A stretch of DNA of 64,000 bases from Candidatus Binatus soli (GTDB taxonomy: Bacteria > Desulfobacterota > Binatia > Binatales > Binataceae), in contig DLMJ01000030.1 of the NCBI GenBank assembly GCA_002479255.1, positions 41,501 to 105,500 on the forward strand. The letters are read 5' to 3'. The position numbers and the translations under genes were made by a program. This document shows positions 43,473 through 53,466 of the stretch, one piece after another; the stretch's first letter is position 1; each line of letters opens with the position of its first letter. The notes under the pieces were generated by a model. That model saw only the letters and a list, made by a program, of their open reading frames with translations. It searched no databases and was not told the DNA's origin.

Positions 43473-44252
43473 CTACGCGCCGGGTTTGCGCATCACGTAA
43501 AAGACGTATCCGTAGGCGCCGTGATACGCGCGGAAGAGATCGTACTCGCGATCCGCCTCGTCGAGGGTTGCGAGGACCTCGCGATCGCCGGCGTACTTTT
43601 TCCTCAGCTCCGCAACCCGCATCTCGCCCGGCCCGTAGTAGTTGTGCCAGTCCTGCACTGGAAACACGAACCGGCCGGCGTCCACGTACCCCGCTTCCGC
43701 AACAATCTGGCAGTTGCGCTCGATCGATCCCATGCCGGGATAGCTTCGCGCCCAAAATGCAACCGCTTCGGCGGGCGGATCGGGCGCCAACCACGTCAGT
43801 TCGGAGACGGCGATCCATCCGCCGGGCTTGAGGAACCGCCGCCACGCGCCAAGGCCGGCGGCGAATCCCGCGATATAGATGGCGCCCTCCGACCAGATCA
43901 GATCGAACGACGCGTCGGCGAAATCCATATCGAACATCGAAGTGTTGATCGTCGTCACCTGCGGGATAACTCCAGCCGCGCGGGCGCGTTCGGTCAGTTC
44001 ATCGAGGAATCGCTGGCGGACATCGACCGCCACAATCCGGCCGCCGGTGGCGCGTGCAAGCTCTATAGTCTGCGCGCCGGGACCGCATCCGACGTCCAGA
44101 ATTCGCGGACGCGCCGGCAGCCCGCGGACCAGGCCGAGCGCGCGCAGCGTTGTCTCGGGGGAGCCGGGGGCCTGTCGCGGCAGGCCCTCGGTCAACTCGC
44201 GGAAGATACTCATCGCGAACGGGATACTGCCGCCGGACGCGGGGGAACTCAA
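43473..44252 (-). CDS. Class I SAM-dependent methyltransferase
   Basis: ILDVGCGPG, FDLIWSEGAIY, LKPGG; start uncertain. Confidence 0.9.
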   Translation of the reverse strand: MSSPASGGSIPFAMSIFRELTEGLPRQAPGSPETTLRALGLVRGLPARPRILDVGCGPGAQTIELARATGGRIVAVDVRQRFLDELTERARAAGVIPQVTTINTSMFDMDFADASFDLIWSEGAIYIAGFAAGLGAWRRFLKPGGWIAVSELTWLAPDPPAEAVAFWARSYPGMGSIERNCQIVAEAGYVDAGRFVFPVQDWHNYYGPGEMRVAELRKKYAGDREVLATLDEADREYDLFRAYHGAYGYVFYVMRKPGA

Positions 44253-44500
44253 ACGCCCGGACTATCAGTCACGCGGCTTGTCGGCGGCAAAACGCAACCG
44301 AACGTGCGTTGCGCGCGTACGCGTCGGGAGCCCAGCTCTGGTTCGTAGCCGGCATGTATTTAACTATAGTTAATCATCGCCGCGATGCAACAGCTTTGTT
44401 GTCTCACATATGGACCCCGCGCGCGTGCAAGGGCGAGGAACGGCTGAGGGGAAACGGGTTGCGGTCATATTCGTTCGGGCTAGTAGCCCGGATAAAGTGC

Positions 44501-45085
44501 TTATCTCTTGCGCCGAGGCGTCCGTTTATTCTGCGGCGACTGGGGCGTCGTTTGGTTCCCGGGCTTCTCAGATGCGAGCGGTTCACGAGAATAGATTGTC
44601 AACTGTTCCTCGGGATCGGTGGCCTGATATTCGCGTTCGGTCGGGGCCTCCATTTCCTCGGGCAGGGTCCATTGTTGATCGAACGGCGCAATGGTGGTTC
44701 CTTCACCCCAGCCGCCTCTGGCGCGATGGAGCCCTTGCTGGCAGTCGACGCAGTACGATGCGAAGGGGATCGCCATCAGACGCTCGATCGGAATTGCGCC
44801 GCCGCATTTGAGGCATCGGCCGTACTTGCCTGCGTCAAGCCGTGCGAACGCCTCATCGAGGTACCTGAGTTTCTCTTCCGCGCGCGCGATCAGTCCGGCG
44901 TGAGTTTCGACCTCTGCGGTCGTGCGCGCCGACTCCATCTCGTCCTCGGGCTCTAACTCCTGCTCTTGCTCCTGATCTCTTCGGAGGTGTCTTATTCTCT
45001 GCTGGGCTTCGTTTCGGAGCCGGGTCAGCAATTCTCGAAGCATCTCGCGGCCGTCGGTCCGGTCGGTCTTTAATTCGTCACTCAT
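44501..45085 (-). CDS. TraR/DksA C4 zinc-finger protein
   Basis: Coiled coil, G.YGRCLKCGGAIPIERLMAIP...CVDCQ. Confidence 0.88.
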   Translation of the reverse strand: MSDELKTDRTDGREMLRELLTRLRNEAQQRIRHLRRDQEQEQELEPEDEMESARTTAEVETHAGLIARAEEKLRYLDEAFARLDAGKYGRCLKCGGAIPIERLMAIPFASYCVDCQQGLHRARGGWGEGTTIAPFDQQWTLPEEMEAPTEREYQATDPEEQLTIYSREPLASEKPGNQTTPQSPQNKRTPRRKR

Positions 45086-45414
45086 CTTGCCACTCTCTCC
45101 GATGCCGGCTTTCTCTCACTCCGGAAGCGCCGGAGCGTGCCGCTGTTTTTCTTCTCGCACTTCCCTTGACTAAAGTGTGTGATTGGAATCGTTGAATGGA
45201 CCATCCGCCTGACTCGATTCGTTATTTTACTCCATTATCCAAGCGAGGGTTCCGAATGATCGCTCCTTAACGTCACGTACGGAACACCTGCTGCGGCAGT
45301 TGCCCCAAAAGCGATCCTGCGGTCACCCCCGAATCGGACACGGGTGGTAGAATGCGTAGAGGAAACGTGTCGTGCTCTACTGAATTACAAGAGCACTCAA
45401 GGGAGATATTCATC

Positions 45415-45846
45415 ATGCAAGATCAGGCATTCTTCAAAGATGTGATGGGGCGCATCGGATGTGACCTGCGTCGCGCGGAGGGGCTGACTTTCGCGGTCTT
45501 CCAGGAACTGCGCGATCGGATCACGCCGAATGAAGCGTTGCATGTCAACGCGCAACTCCCCAAGCGCCTCAAGATGATGTCTCTGGAGCACCCCGATCGC
45601 AAGGTCCATCGCGTCAGCGGGGATCAGTTCATATGGGAAGTGCGCCGGATGGCCGGACTCAGCGATGATGCGGAAGCGGAACGTGCGGTATCGGCCGTTT
45701 TCGCGGGATTGCAGAGGCTGCTCAGCAGCCCGACAGGCCAGGAAGGCGAGGCGTGGGACGTGATGAGCCAGCTTCCCAAGGACCTGAAGAAGCTGTGGGT
45801 CGAGGCGCAGCGCCAGCATCAGACGGTCAATCCATCCGGGGTCTAG
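45415..45846 (+). CDS. DUF2267-like protein
   Basis: Two AVF..L...I/L...E...V..QLP repeats; GGAG RBS. Confidence 0.75.
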   Translation: MQDQAFFKDVMGRIGCDLRRAEGLTFAVFQELRDRITPNEALHVNAQLPKRLKMMSLEHPDRKVHRVSGDQFIWEVRRMAGLSDDAEAERAVSAVFAGLQRLLSSPTGQEGEAWDVMSQLPKDLKKLWVEAQRQHQTVNPSGV

Positions 45847-45856
45847 GCGCGTTTCA

Positions 45857-46588
45857 ATGCCTGAATCAGCGGAAATCGTGCGCGAGGTTCATGCGGCTCT
45901 GCAACGCGATCCGCGCGTCGACCTTCGTCGGCACCCGATTGTTGTCGAATGCGAACCCGACGGAAGCGTTGTCCTTCAGGGCGAAACCGAAAGTCTTGCC
46001 GCCAAGAAGATCGCGCTGGAACTGGCGGCTTCGATTCGTGGCTCGAGAGGAATCGTCGACAGGCTCCGCGTCGCTCCGGCGCAACCGATGGGTGATGGCG
46101 CGATTCGGGATCACCTGCGCGCTGCGATGCTGCAGGAAGGAGATTTCATTGGCTGCAGGATTCAAACTGCCGAAGAGCGCCGCGCGAGAGCCGCCGTCGA
46201 GGCTGCCGCCGACCGAGGCAACTATATCGAGATCGCAGTCGCCGACGGAGTCGTGACGCTCAATGGCCAGGTCGAAAGCCTGTCGCACAAGCGTGTCGCG
46301 GGACTGCTCGCATGGTGGGTCCCGGGCACTCGCGACGTCGTAAACGGGATCGAGGTTAAGCCCTCCGAGGACGACAACGACGACGAGATCACCGCCACGG
46401 TCGCGATGGCTTTGGAAATGGATCGCCTGGTCAGCGCCGACTCGATCAAGGTCAGCACGCGCAACTCGGTGGTGACTCTCGAGGGCGTGGCGCCCAACCG
46501 CCGGCAGGCGGAGATGGCCGAAGCGGACGCCTGGTACGTCTTCGGCGTCGATGGCGTCATCAACCATCTGCGCGCCGCTCAAGAGTAG
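45857..46588 (+). CDS. BON domain protein (three domains)
   Basis: Repeated GVVTL.G.V / VPG.RDVVN / GV.GVIN.L. Confidence 0.88.
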   Translation: MPESAEIVREVHAALQRDPRVDLRRHPIVVECEPDGSVVLQGETESLAAKKIALELAASIRGSRGIVDRLRVAPAQPMGDGAIRDHLRAAMLQEGDFIGCRIQTAEERRARAAVEAAADRGNYIEIAVADGVVTLNGQVESLSHKRVAGLLAWWVPGTRDVVNGIEVKPSEDDNDDEITATVAMALEMDRLVSADSIKVSTRNSVVTLEGVAPNRRQAEMAEADAWYVFGVDGVINHLRAAQE

Positions 46589-46608
46589 CCGCATACAGGA
46601 AGACAACC

Positions 46609-47970
46609 ATGGAGCGACAACATCCAGATGAGCAGGCAAGGATTCCCTCTGATTCGATCCTGCTCGAAGGCACGCTGACCGTACCCCAAGGCGCTAAAGG
46701 TATCGTGCTCTTCGCGCATGGAAGCGGCAGCAGCAGGCTGAGCCCGCGCAATACTTATGTCGCGAAGGCGCTGCAGAAAGCGGGCATCGGCACCCTGCTC
46801 TTCGATCTTCTCACCGAGGATGAGGCCGCCGATCGCGAGAATGTTTTCGATATCGATTTTCTCGGCCATCGCCTCGTCGATGCGACCAGATGGCTCCGCT
46901 CGCAAGCGAAATTCGCGAAATATCCGATCGGATATTTCGGCGCGAGCACCGGCGCCGCCGCCGCGCTGGCCGCCGCAGCACGCGATCCCTCGATCAGGGC
47001 GGTCGTTTCGCGAGGAGGCCGCCCGGACCTGGCGATGAAATGCCTTCATCGGGTGAAGGCCCCCACTCTTCTCATCGTTGGCGGCGACGATAGCCCGGTT
47101 ATCGAAATGAACCAGGAGGCGTTCGAAAGACTCAGATGCGAGAAGGCGATGACGATCGTTCCAGGCGCGACTCATCTGTTCGAAGAGCCGGGAACTCTCG
47201 AGGAAGTTGTGAGGTTGGCGCGCGATTGGTTTGCGAAATATCTGACAGCGGACGCGGCGGAGAAAGCGGCGTCAGCCGATTGTCCCGACGACGATGAGGA
47301 CATCGTGTTCGCTGACCGTGTCGACGCGGGCCGCAAACTCGCCGCGCGCCTGCTGAAATACAAAGATCAGCAGCCGGTAGTTTTGGCTGTGCCGCGCGGC
47401 GGCGTGCCGGTCGCCTTCGAGGTCGCGCGCGCGCTCAACGCACCGCTCGACGTAATAATCGTTCGCAAGCTCGGTGCGCCCGGGCAGCCGGAGTTGGGCG
47501 TCGGAGCGGTGGTGGACGGCGATCATCCTGAGACGATTCTCAATCGCGAAGTGATGAGCGCGCTGCGAGTTTCGCGCGCCTATCTTGAACGCGAGATTCA
47601 CGACCAACTGAAGGAAATCGATCGGAGAAATCTCCTGTACCGCGCCGGACGTGCGCGCATCGAACTCAAGAATCGCACCGTGATCGTCGTCGATGATGGA
47701 ATCGCGACCGGCGGATCGATACGCGCCGCGCTGCGCGGAATCCGGCAACAGGCGCCCAAGAAAGTTGTGCTCGCAGTTCCGGTCGGACCCGCCGATACCA
47801 TCGCGTCGCTCCGCGACGAAGCGGACGAAATCGTATGCTTGAGTACGCCGCCGACGTTCTTCGGAATCGGCGAATTCTACAGTGATTTTCATCAGTTGGC
47901 GGATGCCGAAGTTATCCGCCTGCTGGAACTCGCACGGCCAGAGCGGCCATCCGCCCAGGCGCAGCGCTAA
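46609..47970 (+). CDS. Alpha/beta hydrolase fused to phosphoribosyltransferase (Rv0571c-like domains)
   Basis: HGSGSSR, GASTG, SRGGRPDLA, HLFEE; then FADRVDAG, PRGGVPV, VVDDGIATG. Confidence 0.88.
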   Translation: MERQHPDEQARIPSDSILLEGTLTVPQGAKGIVLFAHGSGSSRLSPRNTYVAKALQKAGIGTLLFDLLTEDEAADRENVFDIDFLGHRLVDATRWLRSQAKFAKYPIGYFGASTGAAAALAAAARDPSIRAVVSRGGRPDLAMKCLHRVKAPTLLIVGGDDSPVIEMNQEAFERLRCEKAMTIVPGATHLFEEPGTLEEVVRLARDWFAKYLTADAAEKAASADCPDDDEDIVFADRVDAGRKLAARLLKYKDQQPVVLAVPRGGVPVAFEVARALNAPLDVIIVRKLGAPGQPELGVGAVVDGDHPETILNREVMSALRVSRAYLEREIHDQLKEIDRRNLLYRAGRARIELKNRTVIVVDDGIATGGSIRAALRGIRQQAPKKVVLAVPVGPADTIASLRDEADEIVCLSTPPTFFGIGEFYSDFHQLADAEVIRLLELARPERPSAQAQR

Positions 47971-47987
47971 ACGCCCGCATTCGACGC

Positions 47988-49706
47988 ATGCAGAACGATG
48001 AAATTGCGAAAGTTCTCGACGCGATCGCCGACATGCTCGAGCTCTCCGGCGAGAACTTCTTTCGCGTGCGCGCCTATCGCAACGCGGCGCGCGCGATCCA
48101 TGACCAGCCGGTTGCGGTCGCCGAGCTTACGCTTGAGCAAATAGACGAGATTCCCGGGATCGGCGCTGACCTCGCCGGCAAGATCGCCACTTTGACCAAA
48201 ACCGGCGACTTGCCAATCCGTCGCGAGCTGGCGAACAAGTTTCCGCGCGAACTGCTGGAGCTCCGGGAAATTCCGGGCCTGGGTCCCAAGCGCATCAAGC
48301 TGTTGATGGACCTGCTGCACATTCGCGGCAAGGAAGACCTCGAACGTTACGCGAAGTCCGGCAAGCTGCACAGCATCAAAGGCTTCGGCCCGAAGATGGC
48401 GGAGAAGATCCTCGAAGCCATCGCGCGCAAGGAGCCGGGTTCGGGCAAACGGATTCTGTACTCGGAGGCTGCGATCGTCGCCGCGGCGCTGGTTGAGCAT
48501 CTGCGCAAATGCCGCGCGATTGAGGAACTGGAGGTAGCCGGCAGTTTTCGCCGCAGGCGCGAGACGATCGGCGACCTCGACGTGGTCGCGGCGGCCGCGC
48601 ATCCCGAACCGGTGACGAAGCAGTTCCTGAGCTTTCCCGCCGTGGCGCGCGTGGCCGGCAGCGGCGAGACCAAGACCACCGTGGTGCTCAAGGACGGGCT
48701 GCAGGTCGACTTGCGGGTGGTGCCGCGCGCGAGCTTCGGCGCGGCGCTCACATATTTCACCGGCTCCAAAGCTCACAACATTCATCTGCGGCGCATCGCG
48801 CAAGAGCGGGGGCTTCTGCTCAACGAGTACGGGCTGTTCCGGGGCAAATCGATCGTCGCCGGCAGGACCGAGGAGCAGGTTTATCGCGCGCTCAAGCTGC
48901 CATGGATCGCGCCCGAGATGCGGGAAGATCGCGGCGAGATCGAAGCGGCGTCTTCCGGCACGCTGCCTGCGTTGATCGACAGAGCCGACCTGCGAGGCGA
49001 TCTGCATACCCATTCGACATACACCGACGGGCGCAGTTCAATTGAGGAGATGGCGCGCAAGGAGCGCGAGAGCGGGCTTAAATATTTCGCGGTCACCGAC
49101 CATTCGCGGCGTCTGGCGATGGCGCACGGCCTCGATCCGAAAAGACTCCGCGAGCAGGCGCGCGAGATTAAAAATCTCGGAAAGCAGCTCAAAGGCGTCA
49201 CGATACTGCGCGGCATCGAGGTCGATATCCTCGACGACGGCAGTCTCGACCTGCCCGATAACGCGCTCGCCGAACTCGACTGGGTTGTCGCATCGGTGCA
49301 CTACAAGCTCGATCAGAATCCGCGCGACATGACGCGCCGTTTGATCAAGGCGATTCGCAATCGCAACGTCGATGCGATCGGGCATCCGACCGGGCGCCTG
49401 ATCGGCCATCGCGAGCCGAGCAGCTTCGACTTGGGCGAGATCCTGCGCGTGGCGCGCGAAGAAGGGTGCGCGATGGAGATCGACTCGCAGCCCGAACGCC
49501 TCGATCTCACGGACACCATGTGCATGGCCGCCAAGCGGGCCGGCGTCAAACTCGTCATCTCGAGCGACGCGCACTCGCCACGCGAGATAGACCTGCTGGA
49601 GTACGGCGTAAATCAGGCGCGGCGCGGATGGATCGAAGCGGGGGACGTGCTCAACACGCGTCCGTGCAAATCTTTCCGGCAGCGCCGCGCGCTGGTTTCC
49701 GTGTAG
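47988..49706 (+). CDS. polX: DNA polymerase X / PHP 3'-5' exonuclease
   Basis: GSFRR, GDLD, VDLR, FTGSK; PHP DLHTHS, TDHS, GHP, SDAH. Confidence 0.95.
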   Translation: MQNDEIAKVLDAIADMLELSGENFFRVRAYRNAARAIHDQPVAVAELTLEQIDEIPGIGADLAGKIATLTKTGDLPIRRELANKFPRELLELREIPGLGPKRIKLLMDLLHIRGKEDLERYAKSGKLHSIKGFGPKMAEKILEAIARKEPGSGKRILYSEAAIVAAALVEHLRKCRAIEELEVAGSFRRRRETIGDLDVVAAAAHPEPVTKQFLSFPAVARVAGSGETKTTVVLKDGLQVDLRVVPRASFGAALTYFTGSKAHNIHLRRIAQERGLLLNEYGLFRGKSIVAGRTEEQVYRALKLPWIAPEMREDRGEIEAASSGTLPALIDRADLRGDLHTHSTYTDGRSSIEEMARKERESGLKYFAVTDHSRRLAMAHGLDPKRLREQAREIKNLGKQLKGVTILRGIEVDILDDGSLDLPDNALAELDWVVASVHYKLDQNPRDMTRRLIKAIRNRNVDAIGHPTGRLIGHREPSSFDLGEILRVAREEGCAMEIDSQPERLDLTDTMCMAAKRAGVKLVISSDAHSPREIDLLEYGVNQARRGWIEAGDVLNTRPCKSFRQRRALVSV

Positions 49707-49853
49707 CCGACGCCGGCTGTAGGGCTGTCGTCGCTGACTCTGAACGCGACGGATTTTTTGGATTGACAAGATACATCAAAGCCTGTTCGACCAAAGAAGA
49801 GATCGGATAAAACGCTGGTACGATGCTCCACCAAAGTGGAACGATAAATCGTC

Positions 49854-50465
49854 TTGGGAGTGGAAATCATGCTTCATGGAAAACATCTTTGGCTCGCAAT
49901 CCTGCCACTGTTGGTCGGCTTTGCGGCCGCATCAGCCCAGGCTCAACCAGTAACAAAACCGAATTACGCCAGCGCGCAGCTGGTGGAGTCCGCATTTCGC
50001 GGGCATAGTTTCATCCTCGGCGATGACAGTCAGATCGCCGACGTGAGGGCGCCGGATTGGAGCGCGGATCGCTCCGTCAAACTTCGCTTCTGGTTTGGAA
50101 CGGGACAACTGGTGCCGCCTGAATTTCAGCCGAAGAAGGGGGACTACTACGTAATCAGCGAGTCGTGGATCGATCGCAAACTGTCCGACAAGGAGTTGCT
50201 GATTCGGGCCGGAAACAAACTTCAGAAACCCGACGCCGTGCTCGTCACCACCAAGACTCGCTACAAAGGGCCCGGCATGATTCTCCCGACGATAGTGCAG
50301 TACTCCGGCACGCGGACCTTCACGCGTGAGGACGGCAGCAAGGTCGATATCGCGGTGCTCGAAGAAGTCTCACTTCCCGCGCAGTGGACCAAGGGCGGCC
50401 GGATACCGCCGAAGTACGCGCGATTCAAGGTGAACGGGGCGGAAAACCTGCGGTGGTCATTCTGA
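49854..50465 (+). CDS. Hypothetical secreted protein
   Basis: Signal peptide ending AQA; typical codon usage. Confidence 0.65.
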   Translation: MGVEIMLHGKHLWLAILPLLVGFAAASAQAQPVTKPNYASAQLVESAFRGHSFILGDDSQIADVRAPDWSADRSVKLRFWFGTGQLVPPEFQPKKGDYYVISESWIDRKLSDKELLIRAGNKLQKPDAVLVTTKTRYKGPGMILPTIVQYSGTRTFTREDGSKVDIAVLEEVSLPAQWTKGGRIPPKYARFKVNGAENLRWSF

Positions 50466-50570
50466 TTGCGCTGCTGAAGCGCCGACCGGTTGGCAAAAAG
50501 AACGCGTTCTTCTAAAGATTATGCGGCGCGGGTGGCGGGCGGATTGCGGCCACGGCGATGATCAAGCGAG

Positions 50571-50786
50571 GTGCAATCGATGATCCAATGTCTCCAGGTG
50601 TATGAGCGAGATCTCAGCTACCACAGAATTGGGGAGGCTGAAGTTGAAGATTGGGAGGAAGTCCTGGAGGCGATCGAGGGAGAGCCCCAATTGATCAAAA
50701 GGATAGAAGGATGGTCTCCCTATACTCACGTGTATCGGCTGCCCGATGGTTCGCTCTATCTGGTCGCTTCCGGAGTTCAGGACTGA
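50571..50786 (+). CDS. Small acidic hypothetical protein
   Basis: 71-aa ORF; no recognised motif. Confidence 0.45.
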   Translation: MQSMIQCLQVYERDLSYHRIGEAEVEDWEEVLEAIEGEPQLIKRIEGWSPYTHVYRLPDGSLYLVASGVQD

Positions 50787-50880
50787 CGATAGTTTCACAA
50801 CCGTGTAAATGCTCGGGGCGCGTTTGGTAGTGTCCTAATTAGGGCAATAACACAGTTGACTCACCCAAGCGAGGCGTGTT

Positions 50881-51786
50881 ATGACCTCGCGGTATGATGC
50901 CTTCAGGCATATTTGTCAGAGCCTTGGGGTCTCGGGTGATCGAGTAATGCCAATTTTTACTGTGTACTTTGATGAAAGTGGTACGCATGGTGGCTCTCCG
51001 GCTGTAGTGGTTGGAGGGTATATCGGTATCGTAAAAAAATGGAAAGAATTTGGGGAAATTTGGAATACCCATATCCTTAAACGTGAAGGCATCAAAATAT
51101 TGCACCGGGTAGATTTGGAAAATTTCGAGGGGGAATTTACAGGATGGAAACGCGACCGGCAGGTTAGGGTTATTCGACGCGCGCACAAGATAATAAAAAA
51201 ATACACCGAGATTGGCGCGGGCATCTCGCAAGCTGTGGTTCCAGCGGATTTCGAGGAGGTGATACCCGATGTCGCGAAACGTGCATTCGGCGGTCCCTAT
51301 GGCTGGGCTGCCAACTGCTGCACGATCCATGTTTCAAAATGGGCCGATGATCATGGATATAGGGAACCTATTCACTGGGTTTTTGAGGCTGGTGCGAAGG
51401 GCCGCCATCAAGTTGACCGGATGTTCGACCTTCTAGTAAATCCGCCACCGGGAGCGCGGCCATCTCCAATCGTCCAACAAAAATTTCGGGTTGCGAGTTG
51501 GACCTTTTCGCCAAAAGAGAGTGCGTGCCAATTACAGGCGGCTGATTTCTATGCTTACGAGTCCTACAAAGAGATAGATAACCGCACTATTGTCGGCGGC
51601 GTCCGTAAACGAGATATTCGGAAGTCGGCGCTCGCCCTCTTCCGTCGAAGTCAAGACCATCGTTTCTACTCTGAGAAGGAACATCTTCGACGCTGGGTAA
51701 ATGATTCTGGGGATATAATCAAAGGCTTTGAAGATCGCGAACGAATGCTGCGCGATGCTGGGCGTGAGGATTTGATTCCCAACTAA
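50881..51786 (+). CDS. DUF3800-like (RNase H-fold) IS passenger protein
   Basis: VYFDESG, VVGGY, LQAADFYAY; AT-richer codons; alternative start 50947. Confidence 0.8.
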   Translation: MTSRYDAFRHICQSLGVSGDRVMPIFTVYFDESGTHGGSPAVVVGGYIGIVKKWKEFGEIWNTHILKREGIKILHRVDLENFEGEFTGWKRDRQVRVIRRAHKIIKKYTEIGAGISQAVVPADFEEVIPDVAKRAFGGPYGWAANCCTIHVSKWADDHGYREPIHWVFEAGAKGRHQVDRMFDLLVNPPPGARPSPIVQQKFRVASWTFSPKESACQLQAADFYAYESYKEIDNRTIVGGVRKRDIRKSALALFRRSQDHRFYSEKEHLRRWVNDSGDIIKGFEDRERMLRDAGREDLIPN

Positions 51787-51929
51787 TGCCAGAGAGACCG
51801 CGCTTTAATTTTTCGTCGCTGACGCGCAGTTGGCTTGGGGATAGAAAAGACATGACGCACAAGATTCATAAATCGCTCGCGCGGCGTGTCGCCCGGCACT
51901 TCCGGGAACTTCATTTTTTTCTTCGGCAT
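51783..51929 (-). CDS. 48-aa basic small ORF downstream of the transposase
   Basis: Manual translation MPKKKMKFPEVPGDTPRERFMNLVRHVFSIPKPTARQRRKIKARSLWH; AGAGGA RBS. Confidence 0.6.
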   Translation of the reverse strand: MPKKKMKFPEVPGDTPRERFMNLVRHVFSIPKPTARQRRKIKARSLWH

Positions 51930-51956
51930 AGTCCTCTACCTTGGCGCGGCTTGGAG

Positions 51957-52925
51957 TCACGTCGTAGGAATTGCATCCTTCCCGGTCAATTCGTTGTAGG
52001 TCAGCCGCCGTCCGAATATCGAGCCTGCGGCTTCGGCGAACCGGCCAGCATCGCCATTTTCATGCTTGCGCTCGTTATATCGAAACGCCTGCTCATCCAA
52101 GTAACGGAACAGATGGAACGGCTCGACACTGACGTAAGTGCCTTTGATGCCGCGCTTGAGCAGCGACCAAAAATTCTCGATTCCGTTGGTGTGGACGTTG
52201 CCCTTCACGTAAGTTTCGGCATGGTTCACGAACTTGTGGACGTAATCCTTTCCGAGTCCGGTGTACGACGCCAGTTCATCGGTGAACAATTCCGCGCCGC
52301 TTGCGACGTAGCTTTTGACCTGTTCATGCAGGGTATGGCGCTTGCGATTCTTGACATGACTGACGCGGACCTTTCCGGTTTCGCGGTCAAGCAAGCCGAC
52401 TACCAGTTCCTTGCCCGCGCCGCCAGTGCCGTGAATCTTTATGGCCCGCTTATCCCTGTGCATGTTGCGGGCGAGTCCGCCGATGAAAGTCTCATCGGCT
52501 TCAACCGGGCCGCTACCGCCGAATTTTTCAAAGCTGCCACGCTGCATCGCCTTGCGAATCCGATGCATCATAAACCAAGCGGTTTGTTGGGTGACGCGAA
52601 GGTCACGCCCCACTTCGTAGGAACTAATCCCATTCTTACAGTTGACGATAAGCCACATGGCGACAAGCCACTTGTCGAGCGGCAGCGGACTATCCTCAAA
52701 GATCGAACCGACCTTGATCGAGAACTGCCGCTTGGCATGATTGTTCTTGCATTTCCACAAGCGCCGGGTGGAAAGAAAACTTACGTCTTTGCTCTTGCAA
52801 GTCGGGCAAGCGACGCCATCCGGCCAGCGCATCGCAACCAGAAAATTCAGCGCACGATCACGGTCAGAAAAGAAGCGAACAGCCTCGATCAGGCTGCTTG
52901 GCCATTGGGTTTGTTCCTGTTCCAT
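51957..52925 (-). CDS. IS1595-family DDE transposase
   Basis: RWPDG..CPTC zinc ribbon, VEADETFIGG, TDE, HTNGIENFWS, YLDEQAFRYN. Confidence 0.96.
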   Translation of the reverse strand: MEQEQTQWPSSLIEAVRFFSDRDRALNFLVAMRWPDGVACPTCKSKDVSFLSTRRLWKCKNNHAKRQFSIKVGSIFEDSPLPLDKWLVAMWLIVNCKNGISSYEVGRDLRVTQQTAWFMMHRIRKAMQRGSFEKFGGSGPVEADETFIGGLARNMHRDKRAIKIHGTGGAGKELVVGLLDRETGKVRVSHVKNRKRHTLHEQVKSYVASGAELFTDELASYTGLGKDYVHKFVNHAETYVKGNVHTNGIENFWSLLKRGIKGTYVSVEPFHLFRYLDEQAFRYNERKHENGDAGRFAEAAGSIFGRRLTYNELTGKDAIPTT

Positions 52926-53003
52926 AACTCAAATATAGCAGGAAAGCGCGGGTGAGTCAACTAGGTTATTGCCCTAATTAGGGCACTATTGTTCGGCTTC
53001 ATT

Positions 53004-53465
53004 TCAGGGAATAGGCGTCTTTGCGCTTTTGCGCTCTCGCTTAAGAAATTTCACAGGTTCGCCATATTGTTTTGAAGTAAGGTTGTCAGGAGTTTTGTGG
53101 TTTATGTCTTCGAGGGGTCCGAGCTTGCTGCTCCATGTTCCATCATCCAATTGCCACGCCGCGTGTTTGACTGCCTGCATCTGTCCTCTCGCATAGATAG
53201 CCACTTTCTCGAAGCCTGGTTCCAGCGAGCCATCATCACACTCGATATAGCCGCATTCCTTTGCATACATCTCTACGAAATTTTCGACTTTCGCTATGCG
53301 TTGAATCTTGGCTGGCCAGTGGAGTTGGCCGAATGGGTCAGGCCACCAGCGTTTTGTAGTGTCCCCGACGGTCCAAGCGATGCAGTTGTAGGAAATCGTG
53401 TCATCGCTTGTCTTCTCGAATTCCTTGTTGAGATTAGGAAAGTCCTCTTCTTGAAACTTGTGTAC
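53004..53465 (-). CDS. Putative papain-like Cys-His protein (DUF7689-like); no canonical start for the full frame
   Basis: Frame extends well 5' of the track ORF: FPNL...TSDDTISYNCIAW...WWP...GFEKVAIY...HAAWQL..G.WSSKLG. Confidence 0.7.
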   Translation of the reverse strand, partial: VHKFQEEDFPNLNKEFEKTSDDTISYNCIAWTVGDTTKRWWPDPFGQLHWPAKIQRIAKVENFVEMYAKECGYIECDDGSLEPGFEKVAIYARGQMQAVKHAAWQLDDGTWSSKLGPLEDINHKTPDNLTSKQYGEPVKFLKRERKSAKTPIP

Positions 53466-53466
53466 G

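Larger units (their letters stand above)
50843..52973 (-). mobile_element. IS1595-family element with passenger genes
   Basis: 24-bp TIRs GGCAATAAC(AC/CT)AGTTGACTCACCC (22/24) at 50843-50866 and 52950-52973; 8-bp TSD CTAATTAG at 50835-50842 and 52974-52981. Confidence 0.95.

Noticed and set aside
51786-52955. 389-aa plus-strand ORF inside the IS
   Set aside because: Antisense shadow of the transposase; no motifs
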